NCBI GenBank assembly: GCA_002269645.1
Contig: NIVC01003679.1
Location: 1-64,000, forward strand
DNA from: Macrostomum lignano
Taxonomy: Eukaryota
Direction of reading: 5' to 3'
Length of the DNA: 64,000 bases
In this document: in pieces, positions 25,116-36,885 of the stretch
Layout: each line of letters opens with the position of its first letter
How positions within the stretch are numbered: position 1 is the stretch's first letter
The notes under the pieces: model-generated
What the model was told of the DNA's origin: nothing
Database searches by the model: none
What the model saw: the letters and a program-made list of their open reading frames with translations, nothing else
Made by a program: the position numbers and the translations under genes

Positions 25116-25509
25116 ATGTTGATATAGATGCATATGCTTAACAAGATTGATATAGGACTAAAGGAAAGCCAGGAAATTATATACAATTTAGGTGGTGCAT
25201 AGGCAATAGGCTTAATTAAAACTATAGTCTAGATATAAAGCAAAATATAAGGCTTAAACCTATATCATGACATAGCTTATAAGGCTTTGAATTCCAAAAA
25301 TATAAAACAAATAAATGAATTAACTGTTTAATATGTATTGGCAGCAAAATTGTTTGTTATAATCAATTGCTATATAATGACAAAGGTATATATGTATTAC
25401 TTTAATGTTGGATATTAAAAGTATGACTAAGAAATTTTACCTAAGACATATCCACCTATACTAAAAATCAAAACTATGTACCTATAGGAACCTTTGTTTA
25501 ACTTGACTT

Positions 25510-25690
25510 TCCATATACTAAAAATGGTATTTTGGTCGGTAGTAGGTAGATAAGTATATGTGTGATTGATTTTAGCAAAAATGGCTTAACCAATTTTCTT
25601 TGAATTTGCACTATTTGATCAAAAAATTTTCTATGACAGTACATGCATCATAGCTAAGAAATTACTCAATGCTAAATCTTTATTATATTT
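25510..25690 (+). mobile_element. Decayed 5' end of the same Helitron family (plus a 28-bp 5' stub at 24287-24314)
   Basis: TCCATATACTAAAAATG start, then ~118 bp alignable to the reverse complement of 9210-9330. 24287 reads TCCTATATACTAAAAATGAGTTGTCTGT, identical to the copy 1 terminus. Confidence 0.8.
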
Positions 25691-27311
25691 GAATTTATGC
25701 ATTGATATATTGGGAATTCTCACAATAGTATCAGTTTTGTGCATACAAAGCATAAAGATGAAAACATGTCTATGGTTAAAAGGCTAGGCCCTATAACAGT
25801 ATAAGGGGACCTTTAAAGGGTGATCCATTTGAGATTGAAAAATTATCTACCAATTAAGTTGCTAATACTGGGATTCAAGTCAAGCCATTGCTTACTTTTT
25901 TATTTTGGACTATTATTCTCTGGATAGCTTATGGCTAGATAACTAGTAGCCTCAGGTTCAATTGTGCCACCTGCAGAGGTATGGCTAGCTCTTAGAGTGG
26001 CAACTAAATTGATTATAACATAACTAGTATATAGTAAACTATTAATTTGTTCACTTGTTTCATTTTTGGACTCTATAAATGGAGAAAAATAGAATTCAAA
26101 CAACAAAAAGAATTTAAAAATGGTTGTATAGGATAGCTGCTTATAATTATCAATATTAATGCAATATATATATATATATTAAATTTTAATAGTTAAAATG
26201 GCAAAAAGCATTTAAATACATTTTAGGGAAAATAGATGACTATCTGCTATCAATGTATTATGTCTTGTAAAACCCCATGGGTCCAAAAAACTATGCAATA
26301 ATGTAAAACATATTGTTTTTTTCAAACTTTGTCTTTTTAATCAATATATTGGCTTAGCCTTAGGCCCTATCTAACTTAATAAGGTTATCTATTTCTATTT
26401 AAAGCATAAATAATTTTGTGCAAGTGTAACTATTGATAGTTTTTTAGACTTCTAGACTTCTAATAGGTGGATAGGCCTAATTGAAAAATTCAAGTAATCT
26501 ATAAATATGGTCATATGGACACTGTAAATTGTAGACTTCTAGAATCTAATGCTAAAACTTCTGTGGGACAATGAGTCAGACTATAGAGAGCCTCAGCAAT
26601 GCAGAGAAGGTAGGAGGGTAGAGATGTTGGTATCTTATTTGATTTGAAATTTTTGACAGATGGACCCCTTGTCAAATAGCACTGTGATTCTGATGCTCAA
26701 AAACCCAGATAATGCTATGCTATGCTGGCACTGATGTTGATCATGAATGGGGGGTGAATTCGGCTGGCCCAACTTACAAGTATTGTGGGCCAGTCTGCTT
26801 TAGAGGGTAGGCCTAACCGGTCCTTTTGCCCCTACCACCTGCCTACTAAACCCGTAAACCGTTCTGTTCAGACGTGCCTTCCAGTGGGTGTGGCGTGTGG
26901 TGTTGGTCAAGTGGGTGGGTGGGCCTGGGGCGGTAACCCCTCGCTGCTCAACCCCCCCCCCCACCTGAAGAAAATTTATAGCTACGCACGCAATTTCACT
27001 CAGTCAATGCTGCTACGCCCTAAGCTACAGCTGCTGAAATTAGTGAAATACGAGTTTGGACGACGTATTGGACTTAAAGACGTTGAAGGTTCAGTTAAAA
27101 ATGCGTTTCTCAGAAATGCCACGTTTTTTGAAAGTTGCAATTGTTAAAACGAAGGACGCACGCAGTTAATGTTAGTCATTAAATTAAATCAAGCTTATTG
27201 TCCCTTAATATGTAGATTTTATAGTTTTTTCATTTTTGTCAAATATCAAACATTTTCCTCGATGTAAGTGGTCATATATGGCCCGGGTTTTTTATACGCC
27301 ATGTGGACTAG

Positions 27312-28174
27312 TATTGGTTTTGACAATCAATATGAGAAAATGGACAATCAAAATGAAAACAGCCGTAGATCTGCATGCAGCAGCTCAGCTCAGCTTCGCA
27401 GCAGCTGCGGCTTAGGCCATAGACTTTTTGACGATCGAAATGAGAATTGGACAATCAAAATGGCAACGCGCGGTTAGTTTAGCGAGGCAGCACATTTAAG
27501 CATTAGCCAGCCATCTTTCTCAGCCATCTCTCCAGTTTGCTGGTGATGGCATCACCTGTGAGTCCAGATGACAGACGTCGGCTCATCGAGGTAATAGATC
27601 GAGGCACGCTGTGTCCATCCGCATTCTTCCGGGATATTCACCTTTTCTGAACCCTTCGGAATTCGCCAACAGTTGCCTCAAGGCCAAGATCAAAAGCAGA
27701 CTGGCGCAGCCTGACATCGTTGAGGAAGAGGCAGTTGCCCCAGAAGGCGTGAACCAGGAAGAGTGGCGTTACATGCTGCTGGAGAGAGTGGCGCGTGAGT
27801 CATTGCCTGAAGCCGTGACTCCGGACAAGGCAGCTGCGTGGGAATTGCGCTGCTTCCGTCAGCTTGGACGCTGCCTTGCTGGGCAGGAGTTCTGAACCTA
27901 TGCTGCTGGACTGCTGTGTTTCCATCATTTTTCTGACTGTGTTGCCATTTCTGTTGTCAATTTCTCGTTTCTATTGTTAAAATTTCATTCAAATAAACGC
28001 GCACACTGCTCCCGTTGCCGCTGCCGTTTTGATTGTCCAATTCTCATTCGATCGTCAAAAAGTCTATGGCCTAAGCCGCAGCTGCTGCGAAGCTGAGCTG
28101 AGCTGCTGCATGCAGATCTACGGCTGTTTTCATTTTGATTGTCCATTTTCTCATATTGATTGTCAAAACCAATA
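27312..28174 (+). mobile_element. Tc1/IS630-type internal-deletion derivative with ~155-bp TIRs
   Basis: 27314-27468 and 28013-28172 are near-perfect inverted repeats flanked by TA. ORF 27611-27895 has the DDE C-terminal motif LPGYSPFLNPSE; the N-terminus is missing. Confidence 0.85.
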
Positions 28175-28970
28175 TCACTCACTAGACAGACTCGATGGCG
28201 TTGATGATGATGATATTTTGCTTAAATTTTATCACATTGGCTAACACAAACTTATCATAGCCGATAGCCCTTCCTGCATTGAAAATTCCGAATCGGAGTG
28301 TTTTTTACATCTTAGCTCGTACACTATACTTTGTGGCTTCCATTAAGACAAAAGTAAACAGCCATAGTAATTTCTTTTTTATATGCATGTACAATGTAGT
28401 TCGGTGGCAAGCCTTCCGTCCATACAGTGTATATACAGGGTACCTAAATTAATTACCTAAATTAAAGACTAAATATACTGGTCAAACTGTACTGTATAGT
28501 TAACTGTAGTTCTGCGGGAAAACTTCGCAGGCACGTGTACATGTATGTGCATGTATGCATGGTTTCTTTTATTAGAGTATTTTATTTTTATGTTTAGATT
28601 TTCTCCAACTAACACTGTAGAACAATCAAAGAGGCTATTTTTATTCAATTTACAACGCGAATTTAAGCGTTAAAAATGGTGATGCATTCATTTACATGTT
28701 CTTTTGAATAAATATATGTATTCATATAGTACGAGCTACAGTACTGTCGCTTAAAACGAAAGAAACACAAACTAAACAATATTCAATTGCCCTTAGAATA
28801 GTTGCCCTTAGGTTTATTTTGATTAAAGTTAATTAGCATCGGTTTTTAAGTTTGACAGTTTCGAATATGCGACACAGCTTGAACTCGTGAATGTACTCGA
28901 ATATTCGAACTGAATGTCGAATGTCACGAATCGATTTGGTAAAAACTTCTTCAAATCACGAAACCAGTAC

Positions 28971-29705
28971 TCAGTAGACCTTGACCAGCTTGCTCCAGTC
29001 AGGGTCCGTCTCGATGGCGTCTCCAACGCTGGCATCGGAGAAGTCCAGCATTCTGCACCTGTCGTCCGCCTTGTTGTGCAGGGCGGCCCTGCACTGCCAC
29101 CGGTCAGCGCAGCGGAGAGCGCACTCGGACTCCCGCCTGACGCCCGCCAGCTCGGTGAAGCAGTAGCTGGGGCTGATGTTGCCGAGGCGCAGGAAGCTGG
29201 CCCGCCTGAACCTCCCGCTGTTGGGCGTCACCAGCGGCTGGCAGATGAAGGCCTTGCGATGCTCGAACTTCACGTCGGCGATTCCAACGGAGCTGACGGC
29301 CAGGAAGTCGTCGGTCTCCGAGCTTCGGCTGGGCGCCGCGTCGCCCCAGTCGGCATCGGCGGCCAGCAGCTGGGAGCCGTTGCTCCACAGCCAGCCGGTG
29401 CGGTTGCGGCCGCGCTCGACCAGCAGGTCGGTGGCGCCGATCCACAGCCAGCTGGAGCTGGAGTTCAAGCTCTCGGCGATGTCGCGCACCAGGCCGAGGT
29501 CGACGGCGAGCTCACCAGCCAGGTGCAGACAGTGGGCGGCCGCCTGGCACCAGTCCAGCGGCGAATCCGTGTCGTTGTAGTAGGCACAGGCGCCGCGGCC
29601 GCCAACAGGAAAGTACGGGCTCGGGCAGGCCGACGACCAGATGGCGGCTATGGAGATGGCAAATGCCGCGGCGGCGGCGAAGCGGCGAGCCTGGACGGCG
29701 AGCAT
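28971..29705 (-). CDS. Secreted C-type-lectin-like domain plus C-terminal PAN/apple-like domain protein, intronless, 244 aa
   Basis: Hydrophobic leader; CTLD motifs WCQAAAHC, WLWIGATD, WLWSNGS and FICQ; then C-x(10)-CALRC-x(5)-C-x(10)-C PAN-like pattern. TATA box upstream and AATAAA at 28813-28818. Confidence 0.85.
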   Translation of the reverse strand: MLAVQARRFAAAAAFAISIAAIWSSACPSPYFPVGGRGACAYYNDTDSPLDWCQAAAHCLHLAGELAVDLGLVRDIAESLNSSSSWLWIGATDLLVERGRNRTGWLWSNGSQLLAADADWGDAAPSRSSETDDFLAVSSVGIADVKFEHRKAFICQPLVTPNSGRFRRASFLRLGNISPSYCFTELAGVRRESECALRCADRWQCRAALHNKADDRCRMLDFSDASVGDAIETDPDWSKLVKVY

Positions 29706-29749
29706 TTTGCAATTGGCGACTCAAAACAGCTCAACGCACGGGGCTTGGC

Positions 29750-29756
29750 TTTTATA
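29750..29756 (-). promoter_or_regulatory. TATA box of the lectin gene
   Basis: TATAAAA 45 bp upstream of the ATG. Confidence 0.6.
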
Positions 29757-30327
29757 AGCCAACAGACTTGGGGCCAAGGCAGCCACCATCTGTTGGCTTT
29801 TTACAAGAAGCGCGCAGCCACAAGAAGCTAAGGGTTACAAAAAGCCGTCAGCTGAGGCCCAGAAATATGAATTTCTGAGGGTTATTGACAATGCCTAAAT
29901 TCAAGGGATAGGTGTTACCATGGAAACCTGGGACTGAAACGTAGCAGGCTCTTGGAACGCTTGAAAAAAGCAGGAAAACACGAAGACGTGGCTCGATAAA
30001 ATTTCTGAGCGGCTCTGAATAGGCGCGCATCCAGATGCATCAGGAGTAGCAGCAAAGCACAATTGGGTTTATACAAACTGTATTTATTCAGATAGCTCAT
30101 CCATGAAAATATACATGACAGGTATGTACAAGCCAAACAACAGGATTTGATATGCGAGCTGCAAGCATTTAGATTTGAAGCTTGCTATGGAAACTCTTGA
30201 CACTCAGGGCATGAAGAGGGCTCTCGCTGCTTACCAATTTGCCTCAAATGCAATTTTTTATAAATTAACAGGCATAGTTTACAACATGGTGCGACCCACG
30301 GGAGAATGGCCCACGGACGTTAGCTTT

Positions 30328-30820
30328 AGGACCCACCGACATCAGAGAATGACCCACCGACATCAGAGAATGACCCACCGATATCAGAGAATGACCCACT
30401 GACATCAGAGAATGACACACCGACATCAGAGAATGACTCACCGACATCAGAGAATGACACACCGATATCAGAGAATGACACACCGACATCAGAGAATGAC
30501 CCACCGACATCAGAGAATGACACACCGATATCAGAGAATGACCCACCGACATCAGATAAAGACCCACCGACATCAGAGATTGACCCACCGACATCAGAGA
30601 ATGACACACCGATATCAGAGAATGACCCACCGACATCAGAGAATGACCCACCGACATCAGAGAATGACCCATCGACATCAGATAATCACCCACCGACATC
30701 AGAGAATGACACACCGACATCAGAGAATGACCCACCGACACCAGAGAATGACCCACCGACACCAGAGAATGACCCACCGACCTTAGAGAATGACCCATCG
30801 ACACCAGAGAATGACACACC
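30328..30820. repeat. 21-bp minisatellite CCCACCGACATCAGAGAATGA
   Basis: About 23 units downstream of the TM2D3 stop. Confidence 0.95.
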
Positions 30821-30937
30821 AAAATAGTGCACACTGAGCCCTGAACTGAAATCGGGAAACCGAGCCTCACAATGAGTCGAACAGCGAGAATAACAAAACA
30901 CACAAAAAATTATCCAAGGGTAAACTCAAGCCACAGC

Positions 30938-33900
30938 CTAAGGCGCATACACGGACTCGTCAATCGGACTGATGTAGCCGACGGCAATGAGGATGGCGTC
31001 AACCAGTGACCAGACTCCGAAGCCGCCAAAGCTGAACAGCTTGCCGAGCCCCTCGCGCCACTGGCCCAGGTAGAATCTGTCCAGGCCGAAGCCGCCCAGC
31101 AGGGCTGTGCACCACATGCTCACCGACCATTTGTAGCCGCCCGACCAATCGCAGCGCAGCATCCGGCGAAACGAGCGGCGGCCAAGGCAGCTGGCGTTCA
31201 AAGCTGCCGTGCAGTTGGTCTCGTAGTGGCGGAACACCGGGTCCCGGACCTGGGGTTGCGGTAGTGTCAGCAGTAGTAATAGTAGCATCAGCAGTAGTAA
31301 TAGTAGCATCAGCAGTAGTAATAGTAGTATCAGCAATAGTAATTGCTGGACTCTGACTGACTCTGATCTGTTATGGACTGTGGGCTCTGGGGTCAGTGCT
31401 TGGGGTGGGTTCTTTGTCTGGTGAGGGTTTGCGTACTCTATGTACATCGTTGCTCATTCTCCATTCCATCGTGCATGCCTTATCTCTGTCACCCACCCCA
31501 ATGCTATGCTGCGATACTTATTAAATGTGTTTCTGATCTAAGATTGACTTCAATAAACTTTTGTCACTACTGAGTGCTAAAGCTATTGACTTTCACTTGG
31601 CGTCGCAAGCAGGATCGCGCATGCCTGCATACGGCCAGAACGTCTATTAAGATACGAGACCAACTGCCTCTGGAAAATTTGGACGAACTGCGAGCCTGGG
31701 CAGAAGTGTTCGACGCTCAGGCGAGGTCCAAATGAGTCAGAGACGAGGGGAACAACCTCGGCTTGACAGACGCATTTTTAGGATCGCTGGGCGTAAGTCA
31801 ACTTATGAAGGTCAAACAGCTAGTGGCTCCAAAGAAGATCGCGGGAATGCGGTGGGAGGACATCAAGAAAAGTCTTTTCAAGTATCTGGAGCCCAAGAAG
31901 AGACTTCTGATAGCCGAGAGGACAGCATTCATGGCCACGAGACAAGTCGATGGAGAGACTGTGGCCGGCTTCACTGCCAGATTGCGAGAACAGGCCATGG
32001 TTTGCGAGTTCGAGAAGTTCAAGGAAGAGCAGGCGGACCCGGCTGAGCAGCTGATTAAGATGCGCCTCATCGCTGGCCTAGTCAGCCAGGACACGAGAAA
32101 CAAGGTTCTGGAGCGTGAGATGACGCAAGAGCTGACTGTAGATCAGATCACTGAGTTTGTTCAGCAGCTGCAACTAGTCAACGATTGCACGACATCAACA
32201 TCGGCAGCTCAGAACATCAGAGCATTAACTGAGCCAGCTGTGCATCAGGCAGTGTCACAAGAGCTGGAGCAGCAATCGACTCACACTGTTCACCAGTTCA
32301 AGGGCAAGTGTGGAAGATGCGGCTTGGCTCAGCATCGTAATGTGTCAGAATGTCGGGCCTTGAAAGCTGCTTGCCACAAGTGCGGAAAGCAGGGACACTT
32401 TGCCAGGGCATGTCGCGGCACCGCCAAGGCGCACTTCACGGAGCCCAAAGCCAACCCGGATGAAGCTGTGTTTTTCTGCACTGAAGGCAAGCCAGCTGAC
32501 TTCTGCTTTGTGAAGATCAACGGTAAGCAGGTGAAAATGGAGAGACAGCGGCGCCTCCTACTCATTGATCTCTAAGAAAATCTGGATCGACCTTGGACGT
32601 CCAGCACTCAAGAAGCCGAAGTCACGCATGCTGTCATATGATGGTCACGTGATGAGACAGCTTGGCCTCCTACAGTGCCTGGAGGAGACTGAAGGCAACA
32701 ACGGGAGATTTGCGATAATTGAACTCCCGGTGATAGACTGTCACCAGCAATTCGGTCTCCTGGGCCGGAATCTGCTAAGCAGCCAGCAGATGCATCATTC
32801 GGAGGAGGTGAGCAACAAATATCTGAAGTTGGCTGGAATCAAGGGCGCGGTTGGAGAGATCCGACTCAAGTCCAGCGCCGAGCCAGTGTTCCAACCGGCC
32901 CGTGAGCTTCCCATGGCATTGAAACCGCTGGTGAAGAAGGAATTCGACCTGATGGAGGCGGCTGGAATTGTTGAGAAAGTGAACTCATCAGAGTGGGGCA
33001 GCCCGATTGTAGTCACCGCCAAGCCTGGCCGGGAGACCGCGAGGATCTGCGGCGACTACACCGCCGTCAATCAGCTGATTCAAGGTCAGACGTATCTCAC
33101 ACCCTCCATAGAGACGGCCTTTTCGAAAGTTGACAACAAGAAGTTCTTCTGTCACCTGGATCTGTCAGACGCCTACTACCAGATTCTCCTGGATGAGCAG
33201 TCCAAGGCGGTCACCACCATCAACACCCCGTTCGGCTGCTACCGCTTCAACAGACTGCCCTACGGTATCAAGGTGTCACCATCAGTCTTTCAGCGTGAGA
33301 TGGAGAAACTGATCGGTGAGCATCCGAGTGTTATTACGAGTACTTATCAAGATGATGTGCTGATTGGTGGGAGTTCTACGCTAGAGCTGCAGCAGATCAG
33401 GGAAGGTGTCTTGAAAAGACTGCGAGAGGCCAATGTCAAAATTAACGAGTCAAAGTGCGTTATGGAGGCTAATAGCCTGAAGTTTCTGGGGCACGTCATC
33501 GATGCAGAAGGCATCAAACCAGACCCAGGGATGGTTGAGAGAGTGCTACAGGTAGCCAGCCCCAAGAGTAAAAAGGACCTAGAGAAGTTTCTAGGACTCG
33601 CACAGTTCTACGGCAGACTGATTCCCAACTTCTCCGAGCGCTGCCGAGTATTGCATGAGCTGAGGAGGAGCGACAGTGCATTCGATTGGAGCCCGGCAGC
33701 CGAGGCTGCCTTTGCCGAAGTAAAAGCATGTCTTTCCTCCAAGCCGTTTGTCAAGCCATATGACATCAATGCGCCAGTCTGCCTTCGAGTTGATGCTAGT
33801 GAAAAATCTGTTGGCGCTGTTCTAACTCAAGTAGGTCACCCGGTGATGTACCTATCGAGGATGCTCACCTCCGCGGAGTCCAACTACTCTAACATTGAAA

Positions 33901-36866
33901 GGGAAGCGCTAGCAATAGTCTTGGCAGTTGAGCGAGCGAAGAAAATGTTGAGCAGGAAAAATTTATCTTGCAAACGGACCATGAACCTCTGAGATTTATT
34001 TTCAACCCGAGCAAAAGCCTGCCAAAAACAGCGTCAGCTAAGCTGACTAGATGGGCCTTGAGACTGTCTGCATTCGATTACTCTGTGAAATACATTCCAG
34101 GAAAGCAGCTACTGGACGCTGATGCCTTGTCAAGGCTCAACTACACTGCAGAAGTTGATGAGGACACGGTGCATCAAGCGGATTCAGTGCTGAGCGCAGA
34201 TGACTGCGACGCGTCTGGGCTGGTGACTCGGCAGGAGCTCCGGGAAGCCACACTGAACTGCTCGGTGCTGAAGAGACTGCAACAGAGAATCCAAACCGGG
34301 CGTTGGGGTCAAGTTTCTCAGGTTGAGCGACCCTTTAAAGCCTGTAGAACTTCCCTGTCGACTGATAACGGCTTGGTGATCCATGGAACTCGAGTGGTAC
34401 CTCCAGCAGTGCTTCGTCGGCGGATTCTGAAAGCGGCTCATGATGAAGTGCATCCTAGCTTTGAGAGCACTAAGGCCCACATCTGCAAGGAATTCTGGTG
34501 GCCTGGATTGGATCGAGATGTGCGACAGTATGTGGAGAGATGCCGGATATGCGCTGAGTCCCGCCCGCTGTCTAATAGCAAAATCGACATATGGCCACCG
34601 GAGACAACTCCATGGAGCCGCGTCTACATGGACCACTGCGAAGTCTCGGGAGTCGGCCTGCTGCTGCTACTGTCGGACGCTTACTTAGGCTGGCCTGAAG
34701 CCATTCCGGTTCCGGACAAGTCGACGGACACTGTCATGAGAGTCCTGAGAGCTGTCTTTGCTCGCAACGGTGTGCCGCAAACCTTGGTATCCGACCAGAT
34801 TTTAAATCGACCCGACTGTCTCAGTGGCTGAATTCAATCGGATGCAGGGAGGTCCACACTCCGCCATACCACCCGGCATCAAACGGACAGGCTGGACGGC
34901 TCGTAAGGAGCCTGAAGGACGGCCTGAGAACCTGGAACCGAGTTGTCTCATTTCAACAATTCCTGCAGAAGCTGCTCCTGACCGTGAGGACTGGCCGGCT
35001 GAGTGGATCTAGACCAGCGTCACCGGACATCATGATGTGGGGGAGGAGGCTGCGTCATCCTCTATCAATGCCCGAACAAGTCGGAGATGCCATCTGGCTT
35101 CGGATGTTCCCAGAGACCGAACCCGTCAAGGCCAAGTTCGTGGTTCAGCATCGCCAAAATACCGCTCTGGTGACGCCAACTGATTTGCCGTCTGGAGGAC
35201 TGCGCCTGGCTCACCGCAACCAATGGAGCGACCGTCCAGAGAATCAGGAGGATGACAGCACTGGCGAGCCTGAGCATCGGCAGCCCCCAGCTGGTACATC
35301 CAAGATGGTCGTTACGGACCCAGCTGACGAGCCGACGGTTCAGAATGACAGCGCGAATGCTGGTGGGCCTTCCTATGAGCTCCGACCAAAACGTCCGGTC
35401 TGCTACAAGTGCTAATTTGATGGGGGGGGGGCAGTGCTGGACTCTGACTGACTCTGATCTGTTATGGACTGTGGGCTCTGGGGTCAGTGCTTGGGGTGGG
35501 TTCTTTGTCTGGTGAGGGTTTGCGTACTCTGTGTACATCGTTGCTCATTCTCCATTCCATCGTGCCTGCCTTATCTCTGTCACCCACCCCAATGCTATGC
35601 TGCGATGCTTATTAAATGTGTTTCTGATCTAAGATTGACTTCAATAAACTTTTGTCACTTACTGAGTGCTAAAGCTATTGACTTTTAGTAATAGTAGTAT
35701 CAGCAATAGTAATAGGGTAGTATCAGCAGTAGTAACAGTAGTATCAGTAGTATCAATAGTAATAGTAGTATCAGCAATAGTAATTGCTGGACTCTGACTG
35801 ACTCTGATCTGTTATGGACTGTGGGCTCTGGGGTCAGTGCTTGAGGTGGGTTCTTTGTCTGGTGAGGGTTTGCGTACTCTGTGTACATCGTTGCTCATTC
35901 TCCATTCCATCGTGCATGCCTTATCTCTGTCACCCACCCCAATGCTATGCTGCGATGCTTATTAAATGTGTTTCTGATCTAAGATTGACTTCAATAAACT
36001 TTTGTCACTTACTGAGTGCTAAAGCTATTGACTTTCAGTAATAGTAGTATCAGCAATAGTAATAGGGTAGTATCAGCAGTAGTAACAGTAGTATCAGTAG
36101 TATCAATAGTAATAGTAGTATCAGCAATAGTAATAGGGTATTATCAGTAGTTTCAATAGTAATAGTAGTATCAGCAATAGTAATAGGGTAGTATCAGTAG
36201 TATCAATAGTAATAGTAGTATCAGCAATAGTAATACGAGCTAGGGTAGTATCAGCATTAGTAACAGTAGTATCAGTAGTATCAATAGTAATAGTAGTATC
36301 GGCAGTAGTAATAGTAGTTCAGTAGGTGTATATTGTGCAAAATCAGTAATAATAGAAATACTTTTAGTAGTATCGTAAGAATACTTGCTGTAATATAGCC
36401 AGCAGTACTCAGAGAGCACTAGTCCCACCTTGCACGTGGCTCGCTTGTCGCAGGTGTACAGCTCAGGCGGCAGCTGGTGGCAGTAGCGGCATGCTAAGGT
36501 GCGCGGCAGCGGTCCCCGATCGCCGGTGCAGTTCACATCAGGCAGCGGCTCGCAGGGCACGGCGGGCACCGCGGCGCCCAGCCGACAGCCAGCGGTGGCG
36601 TTGACGCGGCAGGACAGGCAGGCGAACGGCAGGCGGTCGCACGGCGGCGGCGGCTGGTCTGCAGTCTGCAAAAAAGTGCAAAGTGTCAGTTTGAATTGGC
36701 TGGCTGCCACAGCGCACTGCTGATCCCATCTACTCACCTGGGGACACGGCGCCGTTGCAGCCTCCGGTTCCGACTCGCTGCCGGAAGCAACCGGGACCAG
36801 CAGCTGCGGAAGCAGCAGTGCCAATAGAAGAAACGCCGGAAACTGCTGGAATTCAATGGCCGATTT
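30938..36866 (-). CDS. TM2D3: TM2-domain protein TM2D3/almondex, ~250 aa; exons 36429-36866 and 30938-31249; start codon not genomically obvious
   Basis: CDRLPFACLSC and CRYCHQLP in exon 1. CDWSGGYKWS...LGGFGLDRFYLGQWREGLGKLFSFGGFGVWSLVD in exon 2 is nearly identical to animal TM2D3. Phase-0 junction AAG|GTGGGA ... CCCCAG|GTC. Confidence 0.95.
31344..35687 (+). mobile_element. Ty3/Gypsy LTR retrotransposon (Mag-like), defective; LTRs 31344-31595 and 35435-35687
   Basis: 5' LTR TG...CA, 5-bp TSD GTAAT, PBS TGGCGTCGCAAGCAGGATCG at 31598, G-rich PPT before 35435. Gag has two zinc knuckles; RT has ICGDY and YQDD; RNase H has DAS; integrase has an HHCC zinc finger. Frameshifts at ~32550, ~33960 and ~34800; integrase SNGQAE is changed to SNGQAG. 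Confidence 0.95.
35688..36310. repeat. Compound (AGT/AAT/CAG) microsatellite hosting the Gypsy element; also present at 31262-31343
   Basis: AGTAGTATCAGCAATAGTAAT-type units. Confidence 0.9.
35785..36037 (+). mobile_element. Third (solo) LTR of the same Gypsy element
   Basis: 253 bp, TG...CA, flanked by GTAAT on both sides; 3 differences from the 3' LTR. Confidence 0.93.
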
Positions 36867-36885
36867 CTAATTTGAGTCAAAGGGT

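Noticed and set aside
23641-26760. AT-rich block as a mitochondrial or foreign insertion
   Set aside because: No organellar ORF or RNA similarity seen; it contains decayed copies of nuclear repeats found elsewhere in this window.
28914-29831. 305-aa plus-strand ORF
   Set aside because: Antisense shadow of the GC-rich lectin gene; the same applies to ORFs opposite the phosphatases, SAS-6 exons and retroelements.
32540-34810. Programmed frameshifting in the Gypsy element
   Set aside because: The shifts fall inside the protease active-site, RNase H and integrase motifs, and the integrase Glu is mutated, so these are lesions or errors rather than recoding.
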